DNA of 64,000 nt from NCBI RefSeq assembly GCF_036321535.1, contig NC_087447.1, forward strand, positions 37,636,001 through 37,700,000. The letters run 5' to 3'. The notes below the pieces were generated by a model. It made no database searches. It was given only the letters and a program-made list of their open reading frames with translations, and was not told the DNA's origin. Source of the stretch: Camelus dromedarius (lineage: Eukaryota). Both the position numbers and the translations under genes were made by a program. Below, piece after piece: positions 52,201 through 64,000 of the stretch (its first letter is position 1; each line of letters begins with the position of its first letter).

Positions 52201-55200
52201 AACCTCCCCCTCTTTAAAATGGGCATAACCATCTCTCCCTGCCTTCCTTGCAAAATGATTGTGTGACTCAAACGAGCAAAAGGATGAGAAAAACTGGTTA
52301 ACCTTTTCCACAGATATACTTATTTCTGACCATCTGCAGCCTTACAGGCTGCAGGTAGGGGAGAGAAACTTCTGTAAAGCAACCACTAGAGACACAGAGC
52401 CTCCCCCTCCGCACACTCCACCCCCACCCTCCACTCCCAGCACTCTGCTCCCTCCTGCCCGGAGTCTCTGGTTTCCCACCTCCCCTGAGATGTCAGGACA
52501 TCTCAACCCCAAGGAGCTGCCCCAGGAAACAGGGGTGGGGTGAAGGAGCTGCATGGAGACAGGCAGCAGTTTCCCATCCCCCACCACAGATGATTTTCTT
52601 CTCAGACTTGAAGCTGAGCCCTCCTCTCCTCCCTTACTCATCTCTAATTTCTCCAATGATTTTCATTAAACGCTTCTCGTCTCCAACACAGGATGAACTC
52701 CTTATTTGAAAAAAATGAAATCAGAGGGAGGGGGTGGGAATAAAAGGAAACTTTTGAAAGCCAGACTGTCTCTGGTTTCAAGGCTAGAAAAGGAAAAGGC
52801 AGTTACTAGAACCTTCTTGGAGTTCTCTGAGGCTGTCTGAGCATAGGGCTTGGAACGTCCCCACCCCTTATGGGCCTAGACTCCAGGTTCCTGCCCCACA
52901 TCCCCAGCCCCTCACCTGGACCACAGTCCCTGGTCCAGCTCTAGTCCCCAGTTGCCTCCAACTCCATCCTGGCCCCTTGCCCTGTCCAAACCCAGCCACA
53001 GTGCCCTGACCCTCCCATTAGCCACTCAGAACTCCTGAACTCAGACAGGGCTGTTGCAAAATCCCAGGATGCTTTTTGGGAGTATCACAGAGTTTCCCCC
53101 AGATCAACCTGAAAAGGTGAAAACAAATGGGCCAGGGAGGAGGGAAGGAAAGCAGAAACAGGTGAGTGCTTCCTCCACACAGGACCCACCCATACTGCTG
53201 CCTCATCTCTATGGCACCCCCTCGGACGAGGTGTCTTTGTCCCATTTGATAAAGACGGAATCAAAGTTCAGAGAGGAATCACTTGCTCCCTAACCCAGTC
53301 TGCCTCCCCCGAAACCCGCAGTCTTCCCCCTTGGAAATGCCAGTCCATCTTTCTGCTCTAGTCCTCCAGGAAGGCTGCCCGGACCAGTCCAGGCAGATTG
53401 GTTCACCTGGCCCAGAAAGTTGTGTCCATCTGCTTTCAATGGGCTGTGCTGTGTGGCTCTGGGGCCCTCACTCCCTCCCTGGCCCTCATTTCCTTCATCC
53501 CATCTCCTCCAAAGTGGGTCCAGAGAACACTGCCTCCTCCTCTGGACTCCCCTAATCCACTGAGCACAGAGGTCCTACAAGACTTAGAGCCCCACTGACC
53601 TACCAGCCTGCTGTGGAGCCCCTCTGCCAAGGCCAAGGCCAAGGCCACTTTCCCCTGGCCTGCCTGGGAGCTCCTCTTTGGTGCTCTGGGAGGAGCACTG
53701 CCCCCTTGCTGCTGCCTTCACAAGGTGAGGGTGAGGTGGCGCCACCGGCCTGTAGCTTCTGATGGTCATGGGGCTGCCACTCAGCTACCCTGGGTGGGAG
53801 GCAGGGAACACAGCTGCCTGTCTGTCCTCCCCAGGACCCAGAGCCGGGACTGGGGAATGAGGGGTGATTGATTTCTTGAGGACACAAGGGAGGATATTTC
53901 CTAATACTTGCTGCCCCAAGGGGACCACAATGGTGGTGGCCAGGATGAACCAGACCTCTGCAAAGAAAAAATGAAGCCCTGAAAGAGCCTTCAGACACCT
54001 CTGGAGAAGCCTTTGCTGTATCTTGACTTCTTGCTTCTCCAGACCTGCCCAGGGAGTATTCACATCTGCCCCCTTCCCAGACCAATACCCAGAGCTTGGT
54101 TCCTGGGAGCCAGTCCCCTGCAGTCCCTGCCTCAAAGGGCCAGCTCTTCCCAGAGTCCCCGAGTATAAAGAACATGGGCTTTAGAACCAGCCAGACTTGG
54201 GTTTGAATCCAAGCCTTACATTCATGAGCTGAGGGAACACAAGCTCTCTGTCTCAGTTTCCTCACCTGTGAAATGGAAAGGTCATGGAGACTCGTACTCC
54301 AGCCCCACTGATCTCTCCACACTGTGCACTGGGCAGTGTTTTGGACCACATTAGCGCCTCCTTCTGGCCTGCCAGCACTCCCTTCTTCACCAGACCTGCA
54401 TCCTCCTGAGGCCACTGATACTCAAAACCCCCGAGACTGGCATCATCCCTGCCATGATCATAATAGCTACCATTTATTCAGTGCCCAGTGTGTGCCAGGC
54501 ACCACGTGACTGCACATCTATTCATCTCTGACAGTCCTGGGAGGTAGAGTGCATCATGTCCATCTGACTGATGAAGAAACCACACCTCTACAAAGTTAAG
54601 TAACATGCCCAGGGAAGCACGTCCAAGTTCACAGGTGGAGAAGTTTGGATTCCAGTCCAGAAGACCCTGATTCTCCAAGGCTATGGTGTCCCCACCACGC
54701 TGGGCTGCTTCACAACAAAGTGTGATGAAAGAATGAATTAGCAGCAAGATGAGACGGTGATAGACTGAGTGAGTGAGCAAGGAAACGATGGAGAAGGGAA
54801 GAAGCAGGTGACTGAGTCAATCTCTGGCCACGTGAATACCCCAGCCCGACAGAGCTCGGGCATCACGCAGCAGGGCCGGGAATGGATGAGGGTGTCTGGT
54901 GACCCGACTAGACTTATGCTCCGCTGGGCTCTGTGCATGATTTAATGAACCACTTTAAAGCTGGAGGGAAGTGGGGGGAGCCACACGACAGAGATGAATT
55001 TCACCAAATCCAGCACATTTCTTGCGGCCAATTAATTGGGATTTAGGGAGGAGGCCAGGCCAGTAAATCAGGGGAAGGCTGTGTTTGACATTATCTAAGG
55101 AGGGCACGAACCGTGCCTGGGGAGTGGGCAGCTGGCGAGACCCCTGGGGGCTCGGCCCCCCCAGCCTGCCTCCGCCCTGCCTGTTGTGCTGCGGCTTCTA

Positions 55201-55741
55201 CTATCTGCCTGTCCCTGGACTTCTCCACCTTTCACCCTGGACATGGACAATGGCCGCACCTCATGGGACCATCTGAGGCTAGCGCTCAGCAGTAGGATCA
55301 CAGATGGCAGCAGGTGACGGCAGGACCTGGGGGAGGGGGCAGGTGACCCAGGCCCTTCTGGGTGTCTCTAGAACTTCTCACAACTTTGGAAGCAGCATGA
55401 TGTGGAGGAAAAGAGCATGGGTGTTGGCCTCACAATATTGGGTTGGAATCCTGAGTCCACATAATGTTTCGCAGCCCAGGCTGGCTCTGGCCCAGCAGAG
55501 CTGAGACTGAATGACTGCCAGGCCATTCGTTCGCTGTGTGCTCTTTAACAAGTTACTTTCCTTCTCTGAATCTCCCTTCCTTCTACAAACGACTTGGAAA
55601 ATAACAGCAGCAATGGATTAACTATTAAGTGACACCATGAAAGGAGGGGGTTAGCAAAGTGCTTGCCCAAAGCAAGTGTTCGATAGATGTCAGTTATTGT
55701 CCTTTTAATCACTGTCACAATGTCCTTATCACCTGATAGAA

Positions 55742-56078
55742 CAGGGGTCGATAAACATTCTCTGTAGAGCACCAGAGAGAAAATATTTTTTACTTCGTGG
55801 GTCACATGGTCTCTTGCAATTATTCAATTATGCAGTTGTACCAAGAAATCAGACATAGACAACACCTAAACAAAGGAGTCTGGCAGTGATCATTAAAACC
55901 TTATGGGTCAAAAGTTTGACTTTCACATAATTTTCATGTGATACAAAATATTCTTCTTCTGATTTTTTTCAACCATTTAAAAATGAAAAAAAGAAAAAAA
56001 AACCATTCTGAGCTCATGTGCATGCCAAAACAGACAGCAGGCTGACTTTTCCCTCAGGCTGTAACTTGCCACCCCCTG
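55742..56078 (+). mobile_element. MER58B-like hAT-Charlie MITE
   Basis: Terminal inverted repeats cagggg.../...cccctg; internal tttcacataattttcatgtg...aaatattcttcttctgattttttcaaccattt. Confidence 0.8.
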
Positions 56079-58564
56079 AGCTAGTGTAAGTTCAAGAAGA
56101 CAAGGAGTTTTGTCTGTTTAGTTCGCTACTGGACTCCCACCCCATGAAACAGTGCCTGGGAAGTAGCAGTCGATAAATGTTTATGAATGAATTACAAGCT
56201 GTGTGATTCTGTGCGGACATCGTTTCACCTCTTTAGGCCTTGATTTCTTTGTCTGTATAATGGGGATACTTGCACACTCAGGCAAACGTCTGATGGAATT
56301 AGGCTGCCTGTGGAGCCACTTGGCAAGCTCTGACTGCAGAGCTGTAGTTCCTGTTTCTGACCACACGGGGGCTCCTTTCTGGCACGTCTCCGTCCTGCTC
56401 AGTGCCTGGCACAGAGACAGTTCAGGAGTGTCTGTGTACGGATAGTAACCTGACCTAGAGGAGGGGGAAGCCCAGGCAGTGTGACCTTCTGTGCAAGCTG
56501 GGGGTGGGGGCAATGAGGACATTGTCCAGAAACAGCAAGGTAGTCTGGGCTTAGCTCCAGGGATTTTGGGGGTGGGGCGGGGGGCGCTCTGAGAGTATCT
56601 ATTAAACCAGCAAGGCAGTGAGGTAGACGGGGCATTAGACTCAGAGGGGATCCAAACCTGGCTCCAAAACTTACTATGTGGTTTTAGACGAGTCATTTAC
56701 ACTGGCAGAGACTCAGTTCCTCGTCTTTGGAGACATGAATACAGTGCTCACCATACAAGGTTCTGGTGGGTTAATGAAGGGATGTGTGTGAGGGGCTAGC
56801 TCAGCACTGGGCGCTTAGTAAGTCCTCAGGCGTTGAGCCCCTCGTCCCCTTGCTCTGCGGGGTGGGGTCCGACTCCCAGGCCGGCAGCCCACCTGGCCTG
56901 GGAAAGACGCGTTTGTGTATTCTGGCTTTGGAGCAGCCTCAGGAAGATGGAAGGAAACACTGCCTGCAGCCTTCCCAACTGCACGGGTTTTCAGCTCTAA
57001 ACCAAAAAGACCAGCTGATTTTCTTCCCTGGATTGAAGTTTTCCTGCTCTGAAAACTCTCTAAAGCCAAGAAATCCACTGCTTTGGGAGGTCTAGTGATT
57101 CCAGTCCCTTCTGTTTTCTCCTCCATTCTTCCTGCCAACCAGCATGAAAGAAGGCAAGAAACAAACCCGTCTGGCCATTTTCCACTGTCTAAGGAAGAAG
57201 AATTTATGGAAGAAGAGAGGATTATTCAGCACATGAAGATGGAAATGCTCAATACATTTACTTCACAGAGTCTGTCTGTCAGTCTGTCTGTCTCGCCACT
57301 GCCCCCTCCTCCACTTTGCCACTTAAGTAAGCACACAAGTACAAAGGGAGCACTTGACCTTGCGGAAGGGGTGCACTCTGTCCAAAGGGCTGGCGCTAGC
57401 TCCTCCACCACTTTGCTGTGTGGCTTCAGACAAGTTACTTCCCTGTTCTGAGCCACAGCCTTCTTATCTATAAAATGAGCCAATTTCCCATGGACCCTCC
57501 ATCCTCAGCTAAAAGCACCTCTGAGCCCATGATTCTGTGACCCTGTCCCACAACCTGAGTAGATTTGGAAAGAGGCAGGGTAGAATGTAAGATGACCACC
57601 TGTTTTGGAGTCCAGACCAAAGTGAAGAAGCTAGCGGAAGAGTGCAGGTTTTCTGGGCAGCCAGGACCAGACCGTGGGACACGGATGCAGAGGAAGGGGA
57701 GCCCTTTGCTTGGCTCACCCTTGTTTAGGCCAGTCACAGGGACAGACTCAAGGTACCTACGCCCAACTCTGCAGGCACCACAAGTGTCACCAGGACATCC
57801 CAGGCCTTCCTGCCTCTCTTCCATAAGCATTTTCAGCATCTTTCCTTGAAACGTGGTTGAGAAATCCCCAAGTGTCAGCCCAGCCTCCCAGCCTTTCTGG
57901 CTTCAGTCCCTGAGGGCCCGTCTGCAGGCTCAGACCCACTCAGGCCCAGGGGGAGGAGCAGCCCCAGCCCTCAATCTGAGGGGAATGGGGAGCAGCAGCT
58001 GGAATCAGGCACCTTGCCCTAGGCTGGCGAGGAGCAGGGCATCTGGACCTGTCAGGTCACCACCTTCCCTCCAGCCCTGGCCACCCCCATCATGTTGACC
58101 CATCACACGCTTGGACTCCAGCCTGCCTCTCCCTAACCCAAGCCTGCTTGCCCAGGCAACCAAGCCCACCCTGCTCTTGCCCGTTCTGTCCCCTGAGGAG
58201 CTGGGTCCTATCATGAATGAAGGGCCAACCGCCCTCAACCTCGACACCCCTCCCCACCTGACCTGCCTGCCTGCTGCTCTGTTTCACCCTGGACCTGTCG
58301 GCCACTCCACCCAAGAAGTGATGAGCGTCCCCTTGGTCCCCGCCTCTCCTGGCCGAGCTCCTCAGTCTCCACCACCTTCACGTGTCATCAGTCCCCACAG
58401 TCACCACCCCAGCAGCCCCATCTGAAGGATGCCTGGGGAAAGGAGGGACACCTAGGACGTGCTCCGTGAAGAGGCCCAGATGGCCACCAGGTGTCTACCT
58501 CCTCCCCTGCCACCCTCCTGGCCCTCAGCGACCTCAGGCCGGGCCCAGCCAGCTGCCCTCTTAC

Positions 58565-58690
58565 CTTCTCCAGCTGGTGGACACCCTCCTCCACACAGCA
58601 GATAGAGGCTAGCGTGCGGAGTGCCTGGGGGTACAAGCACCGGAAACTGTCCTGCCGGCAGACCTTGAAGAGCGCCACGACCCCACCCTC
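58565..58690 (-). CDS. INSC: INSC internal coding exon (EGGVVALFKVCRQDSFRCLYPQALRTLASICCVEEGVHQLEK), 126 bp, phase 0/0
   Basis: Translation matches recalled mammalian Inscuteable. CAG acceptor at 58691-58693 with an upstream pyrimidine tract; GTAAG donor at 58560-58564; 42 whole codons. Confidence 0.96.
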
Positions 58691-58786
58691 CTGCCGAGAA
58701 AGAGAAGATGTCATGTGACCTCGCTGTGTGCCCTCTCCTGGGGCTGACTCTAGAATAACTGACATCTCTCACTGTACTTTGGGGCC

Positions 58787-59347
58787 TGTAGGGTGGCAGA
58801 ATATGTCACCCCAAAATACGTCACTTTGACTCAAGGATTATTTTGAGCTGTAGGCCCTTAAGAAGAAGCAGACACAAGAAAAGCTCTCTGCCCTTCCCCT
58901 ATTTGCCCAGAAGCAGGACATAAATTTACAAAGATTGTCCCCTTCCTCCCTCTATTAGGAAGGACAAGAGTTAATCACTGGAGACAACTTTAGACCCTTA
59001 TCAGCCTGGATTCGGCACAGAGGAATCCACATAGCACACTTCACTAACCAGCCTTTATCTACTCCTAGCTTCCCATCTATGTGCCTTCCCACCATTTGCC
59101 ACACCTCAAGGTTCACTTTCTTTGTCTTATTACTGCTCTAAAAATGTGTTATTCCTTTGCTAAGATGCTACATAAGCCCAAGCTCTAACCAAGCCTTTGA
59201 GTTACTCATCTCTGACAGGTCCCCTGTGCACGCGCTCATAAACTTGGATGTTTTTTCTTTCGTTAATCTGTTTTTTGTCAGTTCAATTTATAGGATACCA
59301 GCCAGAGAACCTAGAAAGGTAGTAGAAAGAATTTTTCTTCCCCTCCG
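58787..59347 (+). mobile_element. ERV1 solo LTR, MER34-like
   Basis: Begins tgtagggtggcagaatatgtcaccccaaaatac...aaggattattttgagctg and ends ...gaacctagaaaggtag...atttttcttcccc. Confidence 0.8.
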
Positions 59348-62300
59348 GTTTCTATGCACACACACGCACACACACACACTCCCGTGCATGCTGCGGTGAA
59401 ATACCGGCTCCAGAAGTAATGCCACCCTTCGTTGGATAAACTGGAGGTGGGATCCCCAGATGCTGCTGGTTGGGACTGCAGGGGCCAGGACAGGCACACG
59501 TGCAGGGGCCAGGCTCAACCCCATTCAGATCTGCTCCCAGACTCCTGGCAACCCCCTCTCAGCAACCACCGTGGAGCAAGCCTGGAGTCGTCTGAAATAG
59601 GTTCTAGAAACAAGTCTGAGCAGATGGAGGGAACTGAAGCCTAGATGCCCCATGCTGGTCTCACTCTGCCAGAGACCACCCGTGACTTCTCAGATCCTCC
59701 CTACCACTATGGCAGGCACACAAAAAGGAAGTTTATTTACAGCAGTAATATAATTTATTTCCACTTTTGGATGGAAAAACTGAAGTCCAGATGGGTGAAA
59801 TAATCACCCCAAGTCCACACTGGTCCTGTTTAAAAAAACCAAAAGCCCTTTAGTACTGATAGCCCAGCTCCTGAGTGCAAGCATGTACTTTTCTTTTCCT
59901 TTTGTGAGATTAGTTTATGGAGACACGTTTGCCTTGTAGCAACTTCCCAGGAGAAATCTGGGAGGACTTCTGGGAAGAATCTGGGAGTGAGGCATCCATC
60001 CTAACTGGACATTTTTATTCTATAAAAATCACTGAGCCACTTTAGCTCCCGGAGCAAACTGAGAGAGCCAACAGACCATGAAGGGGACTCACCACGGCGC
60101 CCAGCAAACCGGAGACAACACCACCGTGGAGTTCACGTCCAGAGCCAGAAGGCTGGCTACCCCACACCTGGCTGTGCCCTGTTTCCTCCCTCTCCCCTTC
60201 CCTGAGGGCTGAAGGGGTGCGGAGGGGCAGCAGCAGGAAAGAGTGCGTGAGCAAGTGGTCTGGACCTGGTCCACAGGGGCACTCGCCTTTCTCCTCACCA
60301 TTCTCGGCTCTAACTGAGCCCACTGCCCTCTGTTCCCCAAACTGAGAAAGCTATTACAAGGAGAAGGAGGTGGCTGGGTTCAGCAAAATTACCATCCCTT
60401 GTCAGATTTTTGAGAACTCTTTCAACAAAAACTTTACTCTGAACAGGTGCTGTTCTGTGTCCTGGGGACGCAGCAGTGACTGACTGACAGGATAACGTGT
60501 GAGAAACCAGAAGCAGCAGCAATGACCACTCCGGCCGGGCACCGCCTCCCTGAAATGTCACCCTATTTCGACAAAGCACCTCCCCTTCCCCGCAGCCCAC
60601 AGAGATGAGCTCAGGGCCCTGGGCATTCTAGGAGTTTGCTGCCTGTCACTGCAGGGACCAAGATGAAAGTGTCCGACGCTGGGGGGTGGGGGGTGGGGTT
60701 CAGATTTCTGACCTTTTATAATCAGCCAAGAGTGATCCTCACCTTCTGTATTCCTACCTCCTTTTCAGGGAGCTCATTGGAAGGGAAAGGGTCATATCTT
60801 AGGACTGGTAAATTCATTCCTGTAGATACCATGCTGGACACCACTTCAGTCCCCATCCACACTGAACTTATGGTCTGGTGGACAGCGTTAAAAGCAGGAA
60901 GAAATCTGGGTAGAGGTGTATTGAAACAAGACAGGAGGTGCAGGGTTAAAAAGCACAGGGCAGGAACTCCCGGCATAATCTGAGGGAGGCTGTAGGAGGG
61001 TCAGAGAGAAGCACTCGGATTTTAAATGCACATCATTACTCCGATATAAATATGCTCTGGTGTGGGACAAGACACTTAACCCTCTGGTTTCTGCTCCACA
61101 AGCCTTTATCCCTGCGTTCCTACTTTCCCAGTTCCGGGGACATTTGATAAGGGTTCCACATAAAGACCCTACTCAGAGAGTCTCGGACATAAAATCAAAT
61201 TACTCTTTAAAGTGAGAATTAAAAAACAGGAAACATATGGTCTCCCCAGTGAGCCTTGCTGGTCATTAATGACCTCCCTCCAAATGTAAATATTGATATG
61301 CATGTATGTGTTTAGGTATGTATGCATATGTATATATGCATGTATTTTTATCTAGTCATATATAGTATAAATATTATTTATATGTGTAAAATGATAGATA
61401 GATAGACGTGGTAGGTAGGAGATAGATATTCACATCTGGAACAGACAATGAAGAAACAGTGACAAAGAAGGTGAGGCTGGGAGCCAGGACCAAGGTGACA
61501 GCCTTCCCTTGGTCCAGGAGATGCTGAGTCCAGCAGAAATCTGTTTAAGCCTCTGTACCCATTGCATTGGATTCTCATTACATCCTTTGCTAAGCCTGTG
61601 AAAATGGTCTTCTCAGCATTTTCAGCTCCTTGGAGAGGAAGGGAGAAATCCTGAACCCAGACTGAGGAGATTCTGGTTCAAATCCTGGCTCTGCTGCTGG
61701 TTACCTTTGGCTAAAAATGGGATCCTGCTAGCTCCATGACTCAGCTGTTGGAAGAAGAACTGAGTTAACATCTCAAGGGTGAAAGGGCCAAGCACCCAGC
61801 CCCCGGGTGAGGGTCAGGCTATGTAAGGCTTCCTGGTTGGAAGAGTGTCCCAGACCCTCATGAAAGGTATCCCAAGGGCTGGAACCTGTGGGATGAAGAG
61901 GTGGGGGGAAGTGAGATGGAGTAGTCGTGTGGGCCACTCTGAAACCCCATCTAGGACCCAAACGCAGCGCTCAGCTTAGAGTGGAACCGGGAATCGCCTG
62001 AGCTGGTGGAATCACGCTGTTGGCTGGGGCTTGTTTAATTTTATAGAAAGCTCTGGGCTCAGAGCCCAGCTGTATAATGGTATGCGTTATTCAGACAGAC
62101 GTGGGATAAGCTGTCATAAAGCCAGAGGGGCCCACTCGTGGGGTATGTAGGCTCGTGGGTTGGGGGTGGGAATAACAGAGGAGCTGGAGTTGGGGGGGTG
62201 GCTGTAATTTTGGAATTTTCTGTGCTCTGACTCAGGAAGGGATAGGATTTGCTACTAGCATAGGGAGAACTGGGTTTATTCCTTGGCCTTCACAGGAACC

Positions 62301-63429
62301 CAAGAGGATGAAAGGATTGACCTCAGACAGGTTGCCCAACAGCTCAGATGGATAAAGGGCCCAAAGACAGGCCACACTGGGCCCCAAGGAGGTGGTGAGG
62401 GAGACCACTGTGGGGAGCTGCCCCACGTCTGTCACCATGTTGGGCACATTTCCTGAGAATCAAGGATAAGGATGCTGTGCAGGGCATACCAGAGACTCCC
62501 AGAACCCCACACAAAGCGATTCCGCTGGATGGAATAATCTGGCCATCTTCCAGGCTGAGAAGATGGGAGTCGTCCCTGAACCTTCCCTCTGCTTCAACCC
62601 TCTGTCTACTCCCCACCAAGGACCGGAGACATAAGAAGGGTGAGATTAAGATTCTGGAGTCGGCAGATTTAGTTAAAATCCCAGCTCTGCATTTAATGTG
62701 CATGATCTTCTCTCAAAGCCTCTGTTCCAGCATCTTAAACATGGGAATTATCATTATAACACACCATTAGAATATCGGGAGGATCGGATGAGAGGATGAA
62801 TGGAAAGCGTAGCACACTGCTTGACATACAGAAAGGACACAGGAGATAAGAAAGGTTGTGGAGAAGGGAGGAGGGCCCTGGAGGAGGGGGCGAGAAGGAG
62901 GCAGGCAGGAGGAAGGTGGGGGGCGCTGCTAAGAGGCAGTTCAGAACAGCAAGCAAGAGCACAGTCTTTGCTGCCAAACAGCCAGGCACCAAATTCCAGC
63001 TTGGTCACTTACTAGCGGTGATTTTTAAAGCTCCCTAGTGATGCTAATATGCATATGGGGTGGAGAACTTCTGAGCCCTCTTTGTCCCAAGAAACTGAAG
63101 GGCCATGAGTGGAACCAGAAGTCTCCACTGTGGGCTTTAGTATCATGAACTCTGAATTAAAGGGACTTGGGTTCTAATCCTGACTCCACTCTTTATCCAA
63201 TGTGACCTTGAGGAAGTCTCTCAAACCATTTCCTCAACCACAGATGGGAACAACATGGCACCTACTCCTACTTGTCAGGGTGGTTTTATGATTTAAAAGA
63301 AACGTCTGCAAGGCATTAAGCACAGGGAGAGCACACTCAAACGTTAGCTATTGCTGTTCTGTACAATTTACTTCTCCCTGGACCAGACTTGACAAGCCCT
63401 GCTCATCCAGATTTCCTTAAGGGCTTAGA

Positions 63430-63602
63430 CCAGTGCTTCTGAGAGTGACCATGCCCCTCAGAATCACCTGTAGAGCTGGTTACAGTGCGGCTTCCCAGGT
63501 CTTACGCTAGGACCTCAGTGAATCTTGGGTGGGGCAAACCATCTGTGTTTTCCAAACCATCCCTGAGGGATGATGATTCAGAGTTAGCACTGGGAACCAC
63601 CG
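63430..63602. mobile_element. MER5-type hAT MITE
   Basis: cagtgcttct...cagaatcacctgtagagct...gggaaccac. Confidence 0.65.
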
Positions 63603-63611
63603 AGCTGAAGA

Positions 63612-63648
63612 CTTCCTGTGACTGGCATCTTCCTGTGACTGGCATCTT
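63612..63648. repeat. Perfect 17-bp tandem duplication (cttcctgtgactggcat x2)
   Basis: Seen directly. Confidence 0.95.
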
Positions 63649-64000
63649 AAGTCTACTGAAGGACATAACTGCTTCCACTTAGATCATCGTTCTATCTCCA
63701 ACAGTAATGTCATTTTTCAAGTGGAAAATAAAAAGCAAAAATTAAACAGAAGACCTTAGTGAGGTCCTAGGGCTCCCCAATTGCCCGTATTTGCTCTAAG
63801 TGTTTGGACCTTGAATGCAGGGGCAAATTGACCATAAAGTTAACGAATTGTAACACCCATGGTAATTGATGAAAACCACTGTTCCTCTCAATTTTGTCTT
63901 TTCCTCATGTAGCATTGCCATGGCTGCAGGCATTTTCAAGACCCAGCCCAGGACCTGAGTTAGGGGATATGTTTGGCTTGGGTTTGGTGGGGTATGTGAA

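Noticed and set aside
53600..54415. Longest ORF in the window (271 aa)
   Set aside because: It runs through a MIR (QVRKLRQR) and GC-rich intron, has no recognisable domain and a non-ATG start; likely a chance ORF.
56560..56584. G-quadruplex-forming runs (also about 60681-60698 and 62158-62200)
   Set aside because: Common in GC-rich introns, with no context suggesting function.
58700..64000. Searched for the next upstream INSC coding exon (..GAPLCRIIAK)
   Set aside because: Not found by eye or in the ORF track; presumably outside the window.

Overview
Mammalian genomic DNA, most likely a camelid (a tRNA-Ala-derived Vic-1-type SINE is present). The window holds the 3' half of the INSC (Inscuteable) gene on the minus strand. 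Seven coding exons were located with GT-AG boundaries and consistent phases: 58565-58690, 39383-39554, 34843-35021, 26523-26589, 25116-25271, 23516-23592 and 17994-18122. The protein ends in ...EESFV*, and a poly(A) signal lies near 17520. The 5' exons are beyond the right edge. Bases 1-17 kb are AT-rich, L1-dense DNA downstream of the gene. The introns carry ordinary MIR, L2, L1, MaLR, ERV1-LTR and hAT relics. The most unusual object is an intronless, tail-less 309-bp fragment of arginase-2 (ARG2) coding sequence, truncated at both ends, inserted in sense orientation in an INSC intron and still forming an open ATG-to-TGA frame. Secondary candidates are a possible L1 3' transduction, a candidate frameshifting cassette exon and several transcription-factor motif clusters. 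I found no convincing new multi-gene system. Gene and repeat names come from recalled sequences, not database searches, and repeat boundaries are approximate.
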